DNA of 64,000 bases from contig JAKMFX010000010.1 of assembly GCA_022425195.1 (NCBI GenBank), forward strand, positions 1,814-65,813. The letters run 5' to 3'. This DNA comes from Flavobacteriales bacterium. Its GTDB lineage: Bacteria > Bacteroidota > Bacteroidia > Flavobacteriales > UBA7430. This document shows, piece by piece, positions 39,614 to 49,866 of the stretch; within the stretch, counting starts at the first letter, position 1, and each line of letters begins with the position of its first letter. Made by a program: the position numbers and the translations under genes. The notes beneath the pieces are model-generated. The model saw only the letters and a list, made by a program, of their open reading frames with translations, had not been told where the DNA came from and did not search any database.

Positions 39614-41947
39614 ATGGCAAAGAATTTAGTAATTGTTGAGTCGCCAGCAAAGGCAAAAACCATTGAAGGGTTTCTAGGGAAAGACTTTAAGGTGTTGTCC
39701 AGTTTTGGCCACATTAGAGATTTATCACACAAAGACATGGGTGTAGACATCCCTGGAGGCTTCATTCCAAATTATGAGGTTTCTACGGATAAAAAAGATA
39801 CGGTAAAAGCCCTAAAGAAGGAGGCTAAGACTGCAGAGGTGGTATGGCTGGCTACTGATGAAGACCGAGAAGGGGAAGCCATTGCTTGGCATTTGGCGGA
39901 AACCTTAAATTTAAAGAATAAGGAAACCAAACGTATTGTTTTTCATGAGATTACCAAAACGGCAATCACTAAGGCTGTAGATAACCCTCGTGAGATTGAT
40001 TACAACTTGGTCAACGCCCAACAGGCACGTAGAGTCCTCGACAGACTTGTTGGTTTCGAGTTGTCACCTGTTTTGTGGAGAAAAGTAAAACAAGGCTTAT
40101 CTGCAGGACGAGTGCAGTCTGTTGCAGTTCGGTTGTTGGTGGAGCGAGAACGCGAGATTAACAACTTCAGCTCCAACGTATACTATAAAATAGTCGCACA
40201 ATTTATCAATGAAAAAGGGCAGTCTTTCCGAGCTGAAGTTCCTTCCCGATTGTCGAGTTTAGAAGAAGCACAAAACTTTTTGAAACAGTGTGTTGATGCA
40301 GAGTTTCGCATTGATCAATTGGATAAAAAGTCCGCGACCAAAAGTCCGGCAGCTCCCTTTACAACCTCTACACTACAGCAAGAAGCTGCTCGAAAGTTAG
40401 GGTTCTCTGTGTCGCAGACGATGACGGTTGCTCAGCGTTTGTATGAAGCGGGGAAGATTACCTACATGAGGACAGATTCTGTGAATCTTTCTAACGATGC
40501 AATGTCGGCAATCAAGCAAGAGATTGAGAATGAGTACGGAGCATCGTACTCCAACCCCAGAAGTTATTCTACCAAATCTAAAGGGGCTCAAGAAGCTCAC
40601 GAGGCGATTCGACCTACTTACATGCACGAACGACAAGTTAGTGATGATTCTGGGCAGCAAAGATTGTATGACTTGATATGGAAGCGTGCGATAGCATCGC
40701 AAATGTCCAACGCCAAATTAGAGCGAACGACTGTTGCTATTGATCATTCCAATCACGAAAAGAATTTTGTGGCAAAAGGAGAAGTGATCGTGTTTGATGG
40801 GTTTCTTAAAGTATACCTAGAAGGTACAGATGACGAAGGAGAGGAAGATCAAGAGGGCATGTTGCCCAAACTTGAGGTTGGTGAGCTAGTGACCTACAAA
40901 AAAATGAGTTCGAGAGAACGATTTACCAAAGCACCGGCTCGATTTACTGAAGCCAGCCTGGTAAAGAAGTTAGAGGAATTGGGTATTGGAAGACCTTCCA
41001 CATATGCCCCTACCATCTCAACCGTTCAGCGCAGAGGCTATGTCGAAAAAGGTGAAGATGAAGGAACACTTCGCTCATACCATTATGTGGAATTACTAGA
41101 TTCTGTGGTTAAAACGGATCTGCTTGAAGAGAAAGCCGGCTCGAAAAAAGGTAAGCTTTGTCCCACAGACATTGGGATGGTCGTGAATGATTTTTTAGTG
41201 GCTAATTTTGATTCTATCCTGGACTACCATTTTACGGCCAATGTTGAGGCCGAGTTTGATGAGATTGCATCAGGAGATAAGACATGGAATGCCATGCTTC
41301 AAAATTTTTACGGAGATTTTCATGCCAAGGTGGAAGATGTAAAAGAGAACTCTGAGCGAGCTGTGGGTCAACGACTATTAGGAGTAGACCCCAAAACCGG
41401 GCTCAATCTATATGTTCGAATAGGACGCTACGGTCCCATGGCGCAATTGGGTGAGGGGACTGAAGAAGAAAAGCCTAAGTTCGCAAGTTTAAGAAGAGGG
41501 CAATCTATTGAGTCAATCTCACTAGAGGAAGCCATAGATTTATTCAAGCTTCCTAGGCAGGTAGGTCAATTCGAGGATAAAGTCGTGACGGTAGCCATAG
41601 GAAGGTTTGGCCCCTACGTTAGGCACGATGGTAAATTCGTTTCACTGGGAGAGTATGACCCTATGACGATTGAGTTGGATGCTTGTATAGAACTCGTTCA
41701 GGCCAAGCGTAAGTCAGATGCTGAAAAACACATTCATACCTTTGATGATGAAGCGCCTGCAATACAAGTATTGCACGGGAGATGGGGTCCTTACATTAAA
41801 ATGGAAAAGAAGAACTATAAAATCCCTAAAGATGTAGAAGCTGAAGGATTAGATAGAGCTCAATGTATACATATTATTGAAAATCAACCCAAGAAAACAC
41901 GAGGCAGAGCCAAAGCGAAGCCAAAGTCAAAATCAAAGAAAAAATAG
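39614..41947 (+). CDS. topA: DNA topoisomerase I
   Basis: IVESPAKAKTI, DEDREGE, SAGRVQS, ITYMRTD, C-terminal GRYGP/GRFGP repeats, Lys-rich tail. Confidence 0.98.
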   Translation: MAKNLVIVESPAKAKTIEGFLGKDFKVLSSFGHIRDLSHKDMGVDIPGGFIPNYEVSTDKKDTVKALKKEAKTAEVVWLATDEDREGEAIAWHLAETLNLKNKETKRIVFHEITKTAITKAVDNPREIDYNLVNAQQARRVLDRLVGFELSPVLWRKVKQGLSAGRVQSVAVRLLVEREREINNFSSNVYYKIVAQFINEKGQSFRAEVPSRLSSLEEAQNFLKQCVDAEFRIDQLDKKSATKSPAAPFTTSTLQQEAARKLGFSVSQTMTVAQRLYEAGKITYMRTDSVNLSNDAMSAIKQEIENEYGASYSNPRSYSTKSKGAQEAHEAIRPTYMHERQVSDDSGQQRLYDLIWKRAIASQMSNAKLERTTVAIDHSNHEKNFVAKGEVIVFDGFLKVYLEGTDDEGEEDQEGMLPKLEVGELVTYKKMSSRERFTKAPARFTEASLVKKLEELGIGRPSTYAPTISTVQRRGYVEKGEDEGTLRSYHYVELLDSVVKTDLLEEKAGSKKGKLCPTDIGMVVNDFLVANFDSILDYHFTANVEAEFDEIASGDKTWNAMLQNFYGDFHAKVEDVKENSERAVGQRLLGVDPKTGLNLYVRIGRYGPMAQLGEGTEEEKPKFASLRRGQSIESISLEEAIDLFKLPRQVGQFEDKVVTVAIGRFGPYVRHDGKFVSLGEYDPMTIELDACIELVQAKRKSDAEKHIHTFDDEAPAIQVLHGRWGPYIKMEKKNYKIPKDVEAEGLDRAQCIHIIENQPKKTRGRAKAKPKSKSKKK

Positions 41948-41951
41948 TCAG

Positions 41952-41983
41952 AAAAACCTCACCAATTCGTGAGGTTTTTTTTT
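41952..41983 (+). terminator. topA terminator
   Basis: AAAAACCTCAC-CAATTC-GTGAGG followed by T9. Confidence 0.85.
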
Positions 41984-42041
41984 GAAGTGATTTTACCGGG
42001 AGTAAAAGACAATCACCAAAGCATTTTTTTATATTTATCAA

Positions 42042-43166
42042 ATGGATTTTAAGGAATACCTTCAAGCTTATGAGCCTGGGTCTGATAAGGGGCCTATTGA
42101 AAGAGATCGATTGGGATGTGATGTCGATTTTTACGATGTGAATTTTGAGGGAGAGGTTTTTGCTTATGACATTTTCATACTCGGCGTTCCCGAAGGAAGA
42201 TTGTCACCTAACAATGAAACCTGCGCTTTTGCACCCGATGAGATAAGGGCTTCACTTTACGAGCTTTATTCTGGTGATTGGAGTCACAAGGTTCTAGATC
42301 TTGGGAATTTAAAGTTAGGTAATGAGGTTAAAGATACTTACTTAGCGCTTCAGGAATTCACATCATTCATCATTCAGAACAAAAAAGTTTTATTGGTTTT
42401 GGGTGGTGGTCATGATTTAATAATACCGATCTACAAGGGTTATGCCGCCATGGGAAACCCTGTCAACTTTGCCTCTTCGGATGCCTATTTGGATTTTCAA
42501 GAGGCTGGCAAATCTCATTCAAGATCTTTTTTGTCTCAATTGTTAGCCTCTCAGGACTCCTTGATGTCGCAATACACACTTATTGGGTACCAGAGCTACT
42601 TGTGCTCGCCGCGCGAGCTTAAGTTGCTTGAAGATATGGATGTACATCTTTTGCGGTTGGCAGATGTAAATGCCGACATTAAAGAAGTAGAGCCCTGTGT
42701 GAGAGACCTAAGTCACTTGAGTGTTGATTTGTCGGTAGTTAAATCTTCTGAGGCGCCCGCTTCCGTTCATTCTTCTCCCAATGGGATCAGTGCAGCGAGT
42801 TTATGTGCAATGTTGCGCTATTGTGGCATGAGTTCAGGATTGAGCAGTGTGTTGTTTTCAGAGTTAAACCCTCGATTGGATAGAAATAAGCAAAGCGCTA
42901 AGGTTTATGCTCAGGCCATCTGGTACTTTTTTGAAGGTTTTAACATGAGATGTGATGATTTGCCGGGTCAAGAATTAGAAAATTTTCAAAAATTTCATGT
43001 GAGCTCAGAGCTTTCGGAATTGTTGTTTTACAAGAGCCAACAGTCGAGTCGTTGGTGGGTGCAGCTGCCGACGAAGGATTCTTTGTTACCGTGTTCATTT
43101 ATAGATTATAAAAAGGCAGTTGAAGGTTTGCTTTCGGATCGGTTATTGAAATACATCAAGCATTAG
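42042..43166 (+). CDS. Arginase/formimidoylglutamase-fold protein with degenerate metal site
   Basis: GVPEGR, DLGN, LGGGHD, SPNG, AQAIWYF, RWW. Confidence 0.8.
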   Translation: MDFKEYLQAYEPGSDKGPIERDRLGCDVDFYDVNFEGEVFAYDIFILGVPEGRLSPNNETCAFAPDEIRASLYELYSGDWSHKVLDLGNLKLGNEVKDTYLALQEFTSFIIQNKKVLLVLGGGHDLIIPIYKGYAAMGNPVNFASSDAYLDFQEAGKSHSRSFLSQLLASQDSLMSQYTLIGYQSYLCSPRELKLLEDMDVHLLRLADVNADIKEVEPCVRDLSHLSVDLSVVKSSEAPASVHSSPNGISAASLCAMLRYCGMSSGLSSVLFSELNPRLDRNKQSAKVYAQAIWYFFEGFNMRCDDLPGQELENFQKFHVSSELSELLFYKSQQSSRWWVQLPTKDSLLPCSFIDYKKAVEGLLSDRLLKYIKH

Positions 43167-43314
43167 TTGAATCGAATTTTGACATCTTAAATGTTCAAAA
43201 ATGAGATCTTCTCCCAAAAAGATATTAAAGGTTGTTTGGGTAAAACATCTAATTTTTGTTTTTTTTTCTATCTTTAGCCCTCTCAATTTAGGTGCAATAA
43301 CGGAAATGCATTGT

Positions 43315-44241
43315 ATGAAGAAGATTACAATACTATTTTTCGTACTACTGAGTGGGCTAATAAATGCTCAACAAGACCCTCAGTTTTCGTTAAATATGTT
43401 TAACATATATTCAGTAAATCCCGCTTTTTCGGGAAGTTATGATCAGTTTAACGTGTTGGCTATACAAAGAAGTCAATGGGCTGGATTTGATGGAGCTCCG
43501 GTGACTCAACATTTGAGTGTTGAATCTCCGGTTTATTTTCTGCACGGTGGTGTGGGCTTAAGCTTGTTGAACGATAAGGTTGGAATGGAGTACACCCGAC
43601 AAGTGAGCTTGTCATATGCCTACCAAACCAAGTTGTCAAGTCGTTCAGAATTGGGCTTGGGTTTGAATTATGGATTTGTAGATGTAGGTGTTGATGGAGA
43701 TTGGGTAGCCCCCGACGGTTCTAATGGAAGTAGTGATCTTTCCATTCCTACTTCGGGGTCCAATGATGTGGTTTCAGATTTGGGCTTAGGCTTGTATTAT
43801 AGAAATAAAGATTTGTACGTGGGATATTCGATTACGCATTTAAACCAAGCCAAAGCAGTTTATGATAAGGCGGAGTTTAAATTACGAAGACACCACTATT
43901 TGATTTTGGGGTGGCAGTATGAAGTGAGAAGCGATTTGGTTCTTCACCCATCCCTTTATGTGAAAACAGATCAGATATCCACCCAAATGGATTTCAACTT
44001 GAATGCCAAGTATGGAGACAACCTATGGGGAGGTATGACATATAGATTAGATGATGCACTAGTTCTAATTGCAGGTTATAATATTAATGAAAACCTAAAG
44101 TTTGGCTATGCATATGATATAACCACTTCAGATTTAAAATCTGAATCGAGTGGTTCACATGAAATATTATTGCGATATTCGTTCAAAATGCGCCCCGCGG
44201 CTAAATTGCCTACGCATTATCGAAATATCCGATATAATTAA
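43315..44241 (+). CDS. PorP/SprF family T9SS beta-barrel
   Basis: AQQDPQFS, NPAFSG, RSQWAG, GYAYD...SHEI; immediately upstream of gldK. Start moved to MKKIT. Confidence 0.92.
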   Translation: MKKITILFFVLLSGLINAQQDPQFSLNMFNIYSVNPAFSGSYDQFNVLAIQRSQWAGFDGAPVTQHLSVESPVYFLHGGVGLSLLNDKVGMEYTRQVSLSYAYQTKLSSRSELGLGLNYGFVDVGVDGDWVAPDGSNGSSDLSIPTSGSNDVVSDLGLGLYYRNKDLYVGYSITHLNQAKAVYDKAEFKLRRHHYLILGWQYEVRSDLVLHPSLYVKTDQISTQMDFNLNAKYGDNLWGGMTYRLDDALVLIAGYNINENLKFGYAYDITTSDLKSESSGSHEILLRYSFKMRPAAKLPTHYRNIRYN

Positions 44242-44282
44242 TGGGAACTACGGATTTGTAAATTGTAGGAAAAACAACAAAA

Positions 44283-45608
44283 ATGAGAAAGATACTTTTA
44301 CTTGGAGTTATAGCCGCAACTATTTTTAGTAGTTGCAGTACTTCATCGAGAGGTGAGTTAGTTGGTGTTCAAGAACTGTCAGAATTTTATCCGACAGATC
44401 CTTATGGAATGGTTAAAATTCCGAGAGGGACATTTACTATGGGAGCGAATGATGGTGACGTGCCTTATGCACATACCACTCCAAAAAAATTGGTAACCAT
44501 GCACTCCTTTTATATGGACCAGACTGAGGTGACCAATAATGAATACCGACAGTTTGTACACTGGGTTAGAGACTCTATAGCTCGAACTTTATTGGCTGAA
44601 GCTATGGTTGAAGGCTATGAATACATTGAAGAAACATCTGACGGAGAGTTTTTGGAAAACCCATATTTAAACTGGGAAACAGAGATTGAATGGGTAGGTA
44701 ATGAGGAACTTGAGTTGACTCTTGAAGAGTTATACCTGCCTTTAGAAGAACGAATTATGGGTCAAAAGGAGTTTGATTCTCGCTCATGGAGTTATAAATA
44801 CTCGTGGGTTGACAAAACTCCAGCTGCTCAACGCGAAAATCGTTTTGACCCTGAGACCAACACTTACCGTGAAGGTTTCTCTCGACAGAATTTAGTTCAC
44901 CAAGCTGAGGTATTAGTATATCCAGACACCTTAGCCTGGGCACACGATTTCTCCTACACATTCAATGAGCCTATGTTCAACACCTACTTTTGGCATCCTG
45001 CTTACGGAGAGTATCCTGTTGTTGGTGTGAACTGGGAGCAAGCGACGGCTTTCTCTAATTGGAGAACAATGATTCGAATGAAACAGTTAACGCCTTATCA
45101 GCAGAAATACGAAACAGAATTCCGTCTTCCTACGGAAGCAGAGTGGGAGTATGCAGCTCGTGGAGGAAAAGAACATGCCATTTACCCATGGGGTGGTCCT
45201 TACTCTAGAAACAGCAAAGGATGTTTCCTAGCCAACTTTAAACCTTTAAGAGGTGATTACTTGGCTGACGGATATGCTTTCACGGCTCCATCGGAATCCT
45301 ATACAAGAAACGACTACGATTTGTTTAACATGTCTGGAAATGTTTCTGAATGGACATCAACTCCCTTTGAACCTACAGCTTCCATGTTTGTAGCTGACAT
45401 GAATCCTTTCTACACTTACGATGCTGATGAGAATGCACATCCAATGCTCAAAAGAAAAGTAGTAAAGGGTGGGTCTTGGAAAGATGTTGGAGCTTTCTTA
45501 CAAGTAGCTGCAAGAGATTATGAATATCAAGACACCGCTAAGTGTTACATCGGATTCCGTTGTGTGAAAACTTATGCAGGAGTAGAAACGGTTGACTTCG
45601 GATATTAA
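44283..45608 (+). CDS. gldK: Gliding motility/T9SS lipoprotein GldK
   Basis: Lipobox FSSC, GELVG, TEVTNNEYRQFV, RLPTEAEWEYAARGG, IGFRC. Confidence 0.95.
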   Translation: MRKILLLGVIAATIFSSCSTSSRGELVGVQELSEFYPTDPYGMVKIPRGTFTMGANDGDVPYAHTTPKKLVTMHSFYMDQTEVTNNEYRQFVHWVRDSIARTLLAEAMVEGYEYIEETSDGEFLENPYLNWETEIEWVGNEELELTLEELYLPLEERIMGQKEFDSRSWSYKYSWVDKTPAAQRENRFDPETNTYREGFSRQNLVHQAEVLVYPDTLAWAHDFSYTFNEPMFNTYFWHPAYGEYPVVGVNWEQATAFSNWRTMIRMKQLTPYQQKYETEFRLPTEAEWEYAARGGKEHAIYPWGGPYSRNSKGCFLANFKPLRGDYLADGYAFTAPSESYTRNDYDLFNMSGNVSEWTSTPFEPTASMFVADMNPFYTYDADENAHPMLKRKVVKGGSWKDVGAFLQVAARDYEYQDTAKCYIGFRCVKTYAGVETVDFGY

Positions 45609-45632
45609 TCCGGCAATAAAACTTTTTAAGTT

Positions 45633-46277
45633 ATGATGAAATTTTTTGAAAGCAAGCGAGGTAAAGACATTATGTCTAAGCTCTATGGATGGGGTGCTTC
45701 GGTTGTTATTTTAGGTGCCATGTTTAAAATCCTACACTGGGATGGAGCAGATTTGATGTTGACAATTGGATTGACGACGGAAGCTTTGATTTTCTTTGTT
45801 TCTGGATTTGAAAAACCTCACAGTGAGTATGACTGGTCTTTGGTTTATCCACAATTAAAAGGTCAGAAAAGCGCGCCTGAGAGCCCAGTTGAAGAACTGG
45901 ATCAGATGCTTGAAAATGCGAATGTTGACCAAGAATTGATCCAAAGTCTAGGCGAAGGACTCAAGAAAGTTAGTGATGCCGCAAACGGTTTGGGCTCTGT
46001 TACTGATATTGCTTCAAGCACGAATGACTACAGTGCACAAGTTTCAGCTGCCGCAAAAAACTTAGAAAATATCAATGCGCAATATGAGGCCCAAATAGCA
46101 TCTACCATTGAGCAAACAGAAGCCACAAGAGAAATGGCGTCTAACATGACTTATTCTCTCAACGATGCACAACAAATGCAGGAAGAGATGGCTCAGTTGA
46201 GAGAAAACTTAAACGCATTGAATAGTGTTTACGGCAATATGCTTAGCGCCATGAATTCTAATAATTCTAACAACTAA
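45633..46277 (+). CDS. gldL: Gliding/T9SS motor subunit GldL
   Basis: YGWGASVVILGAMFKILH, TEA, YDWSLVYP, VYGNMLSAM. Confidence 0.96.
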   Translation: MMKFFESKRGKDIMSKLYGWGASVVILGAMFKILHWDGADLMLTIGLTTEALIFFVSGFEKPHSEYDWSLVYPQLKGQKSAPESPVEELDQMLENANVDQELIQSLGEGLKKVSDAANGLGSVTDIASSTNDYSAQVSAAAKNLENINAQYEAQIASTIEQTEATREMASNMTYSLNDAQQMQEEMAQLRENLNALNSVYGNMLSAMNSNNSNN

Positions 46278-46288
46278 AGGCGTAATTA

Positions 46289-47857
46289 ATGGCTTCAGGA
46301 AAAGCTTCACCAAGGCAGAAAATGATCAACATGATGTACCTCGTGTTGACTGCCCTATTGGCTCTAAACATTTCTAAAGACATGTTGAAGGCGTTTGCAA
46401 AGGTTAACAACTCTTTGAAGTCTAACCTTACGAATATCAATCAGCAGTCGGATGTGCTTTATACGCAATTTGAAGAAAGTGCTAATAATTTTCCTGAGAA
46501 AGTAGGTGAGCAATTTAAGCTTGCCCAACAGGTTCAAACAAAAGCCGATGAGTTAAATACATACATCAGCGATCTGTCGGCTCTGTTGATTGATAATACC
46601 GGTGGTTTTAAAGAGGGTACCGAAGATCCCAAAGGAGCTGACAATAAATCTAAAGTATCCAATTTGATGCTCATGAAGCCCGATCTTAAGGGTGCGGAGC
46701 TTCGTGAAAAAATAAATGAATATAAAGAGTTTTTATTGACACTTGATGTGGTGCAGAATGATGAAGAACTGAAAAATGTGATTCTATCTAATTTTGACAC
46801 TCAAGAAGTTTTAAAAGATGAAATCATGGTACCTTGGGAAGTGGGTATATTTAACAACGTTCCACTTATTGCCGTTTTAACGTTCTTGTCTCAATACCAA
46901 GTTGATGCGACCACTGTAGAGTCAAAAATTGTTGAGTCTTTGTATGCCAGCGTATCTGCCGATGACATGAAGTTTACCACCGCCATTCCCCAGGTGATTT
47001 CACCAAAGAATTACATCATGCAAGGAGACAGTTTTAGAGCGGAGATTTACTTAGCCGCTTTCGATTCTACTCAGTCTCCGGAAGTATTAGTAACCAATCG
47101 ATTTAATCCTGATGGGAGTCCTGATTTTACAACTTCAGACACGATTGGGGTCTCTGATCTAGGTGTTGGTCAATACAATGTACTTGCAAGGGGAATTGGA
47201 ACTCAGAAACGTGCTGCAAGAATACTGCTGACTACAGAAAAGGGTATCATCCCCTACGATGAAGTCTTTGAATATCAGGTAGCAAAACCGATGGCTGTGG
47301 TTTCACCCACCAAGATGAATGTATTCTACAAGGGGGTTCCTAATCCAATAGATGTGTCTGCTCCTGGTTTTTCACCAGAAGATCTTCAGGTGGTTGGATC
47401 TAATGTAACGCTTAAAAAGATCAAGCCCGGACAATACGAAGCCATTGTGGCTAAAAAAGCAAGAGGAGAAGCCAAAATCACGGTGAAGGCCAACGGTCGT
47501 AACGTGGGAAGTCCAATGAATTTTAGATTGAAAAGAATTCCTTCTCCAACGGCTAGTATTAACGGGAAAAAGGAAGGGACCATGTCCAAAGGAAAACTGA
47601 GTAAAGCTCAGGGGATTCTAGCCTCATTGCCTAATTTCCCATTTGACCTAAAGTATAAGGTGGAATCTTTTGATGTACGTCTCAAAGATGGAGAGTACAC
47701 CAAGACCATTAAAGTAAAAGGAAACAAATTTACCCCTGAGGTAAAAGAGAAGATCATAAAACTTAAACCAGGTTCAGACATTTCGTTTACCAACATCAAA
47801 GCCAATGGGCCAGATGGACGTAAGCAATGTGGAGCCATAGTTTTAACCGTACAGTAA
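46289..47857 (+). CDS. gldM: Gliding/T9SS motor subunit GldM
   Basis: PRQKMINMMYLVLTALLALN, KMNVFYKGVPNP. Confidence 0.96.
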   Translation: MASGKASPRQKMINMMYLVLTALLALNISKDMLKAFAKVNNSLKSNLTNINQQSDVLYTQFEESANNFPEKVGEQFKLAQQVQTKADELNTYISDLSALLIDNTGGFKEGTEDPKGADNKSKVSNLMLMKPDLKGAELREKINEYKEFLLTLDVVQNDEELKNVILSNFDTQEVLKDEIMVPWEVGIFNNVPLIAVLTFLSQYQVDATTVESKIVESLYASVSADDMKFTTAIPQVISPKNYIMQGDSFRAEIYLAAFDSTQSPEVLVTNRFNPDGSPDFTTSDTIGVSDLGVGQYNVLARGIGTQKRAARILLTTEKGIIPYDEVFEYQVAKPMAVVSPTKMNVFYKGVPNPIDVSAPGFSPEDLQVVGSNVTLKKIKPGQYEAIVAKKARGEAKITVKANGRNVGSPMNFRLKRIPSPTASINGKKEGTMSKGKLSKAQGILASLPNFPFDLKYKVESFDVRLKDGEYTKTIKVKGNKFTPEVKEKIIKLKPGSDISFTNIKANGPDGRKQCGAIVLTVQ

Positions 47858-47875
47858 TTTAAAGAAACCGAGATC

Positions 47876-48754
47876 ATGAAAATCTTAAAGGTTGCCCTAT
47901 CAGGATTAGCTCTAATAGCAAGCTCTACATTGTTTGCTCAAACCGATGTTTTGGATTATAATTCCAAGCCCACAAATATTGATGGTCATGCTTTTGTTAA
48001 GCATCACAATTATGAAAACCGTGTATTGGATTATCCTTTTGTTCGTGAGGACGACATTCTTTGGTCGAAAACTTACATACAGAGAATAGACTTAAGACAA
48101 AGAAAGAATCATCCGATGTATTTCCCACAATACCCAGTTAAGTTGGGCGGCGGGCAGGTTCGTATGAACATGACAGACAACCTATTTAAATCGGTATTGG
48201 AAGATCAGACACTCGTGGCCTATGAAGACGAGTACTTTGATGAGGTTAAAACCGTTGAATCTATCAATAAGCTATTGTTTTCTATAGATACGGTTGAGTA
48301 TGAAGATATCGATAGTGGCGAATTGATCAGTGAATTGGATACGGTACGTGTAGAAAGTAAAGATGTAAAAGAGTACTTAATTATAGAAGATCGTTTCTTT
48401 GACAAGAAGAGATCAGTGATTGATGTGAGAATTCTGGGAATCTGCCCAGTGGCAGAGATCATGAACAAAGAAACCTACGAGATGGAAAAGGTGAAATTGT
48501 TTTGGGTATGGTTGCCAGAAGCCCGTCAGATGCTTGCAAACGCTTCTGTATACAACACAAGAAACAACATGGAGCGTATGACGTATGATGAGTTTTTACA
48601 AAAACGTATGTTTGCCTCTGTAATTACAAAAGAAACGAACTTATACGACCGATCAATTTTTGAATACAAGAAGAATCGCATGCAACAACTTCTTGAGGCG
48701 GATCGTATTAAGAACGATATTCGTAACATGGAAAGTGATCTTTGGGAATACTAA
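47876..48754 (+). CDS. gldN: Gliding/T9SS protein GldN
   Basis: REDDILWSK, RFFDKKRS...RILGICP, ESDLWEY. Confidence 0.93.
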   Translation: MKILKVALSGLALIASSTLFAQTDVLDYNSKPTNIDGHAFVKHHNYENRVLDYPFVREDDILWSKTYIQRIDLRQRKNHPMYFPQYPVKLGGGQVRMNMTDNLFKSVLEDQTLVAYEDEYFDEVKTVESINKLLFSIDTVEYEDIDSGELISELDTVRVESKDVKEYLIIEDRFFDKKRSVIDVRILGICPVAEIMNKETYEMEKVKLFWVWLPEARQMLANASVYNTRNNMERMTYDEFLQKRMFASVITKETNLYDRSIFEYKKNRMQQLLEADRIKNDIRNMESDLWEY

Positions 48755-48776
48755 TCCCATTTCAAAGTTAAAATAC

Positions 48777-48801
48777 GAAGCTCCCTTTGGGAGCTTTTTT
48801 T
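48777..48801 (+). terminator. Terminator after gldN
   Basis: AAGCTCCC-TTT-GGGAGC followed by T7. Confidence 0.8.
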
Positions 48802-48804
48802 CTT

Positions 48805-49866
48805 ATGAAACTGTATGATTATATTATTGTCGGACAAGGTTTAGCTGGGACGCTATTGGCCTTCCAGTTAAAACGTTTGGGTAAACGTGTATTTGTCATT
48901 GACAAGTATAGAAAATCCACTTCATCAAAAGTGGCTTTTGGGGCATACAATCCGATGGTGCTAAAACGTTTCACGGCATGCTGGAAAGTAGAAGAACAAC
49001 TTCAGCCTCTGTATGATTTCATCCACAACTTTGAAGAAACTTTCCAAACATCTATCCACACTTCTTTAAAGCTTTTGCGTAAGTTTCATTCGATTCAAGA
49101 GCAAAATTTGTGGTTAGAGAAGTCAGAGAAACCTAGATTGAGGCCCTTTATGAATGCTGAATTTACGCCGAATACATCGGATTGGATTCATGCGGACCAT
49201 GGGTATGGTGAAGTCAATCATGCGGGTCGAGTGGATCTAAAAAAAATGATTTCTCTCTTTAGACATCAATTGGAAACTGAGGATACATTATTAGATGAAG
49301 ACCTGGATTACAATTCCCTAGAAATTGCAGAGAACCTGGTAAGCTATAAATCTATCATGGCAAAGAAAATCGTTTTCTGTGAAGGACACCGATTGACCCA
49401 AACCCCCTTCTTTAATTATTTGCCTTTAATGCGAACCAAGGGAGAGATCGTAACGGTCAAGCTGGATGGCTTAGAGCTTAATGAACTCATAAAAAGTAAT
49501 ATTTCAGTTCTTCCTTTAGGTAATGATGAATACAAAGTAGGAGCCACATTTAATTGGGAAGATAAAGATGAAATTTGTACCGAAGAGGCAAAGCAAGAAC
49601 TTTTATCAAAGCTAGCTGGCCTCGTGAAGATGGCACCAGAATTGGTTCATCATGAAGCAGGTCTTAGACCTACCGTTAAGGATCGTAGAGCTCTTTTGGG
49701 GGCCCATCCTAATCACTCCAATGTTTATGTGTTTAATGGACTTGGGACACGTGGATTACTAATTTCTCCCTACCTATCTTTGCAGCTCATTAATGCTATG
49801 GAGCAGGGAGTTCCTTTAGACCCCGAAGTGGATATCAAACGTTATGAAAGCGAAATGACATGTTAG
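48805..49866 (+). CDS. FAD-dependent oxidoreductase (DAO-like)
   Basis: IIVGQGLAG, AGLRP, NGLGTRG. Confidence 0.88.
   Translation: MKLYDYIIVGQGLAGTLLAFQLKRLGKRVFVIDKYRKSTSSKVAFGAYNPMVLKRFTACWKVEEQLQPLYDFIHNFEETFQTSIHTSLKLLRKFHSIQEQNLWLEKSEKPRLRPFMNAEFTPNTSDWIHADHGYGEVNHAGRVDLKKMISLFRHQLETEDTLLDEDLDYNSLEIAENLVSYKSIMAKKIVFCEGHRLTQTPFFNYLPLMRTKGEIVTVKLDGLELNELIKSNISVLPLGNDEYKVGATFNWEDKDEICTEEAKQELLSKLAGLVKMAPELVHHEAGLRPTVKDRRALLGAHPNHSNVYVFNGLGTRGLLISPYLSLQLINAMEQGVPLDPEVDIKRYESEMTC

Noticed and set aside
44283-45608. Formylglycine-generating enzyme (sulfatase-modifying) motifs
   Set aside because: GldK has this fold; the lipobox and gldLMN context identify it as GldK.
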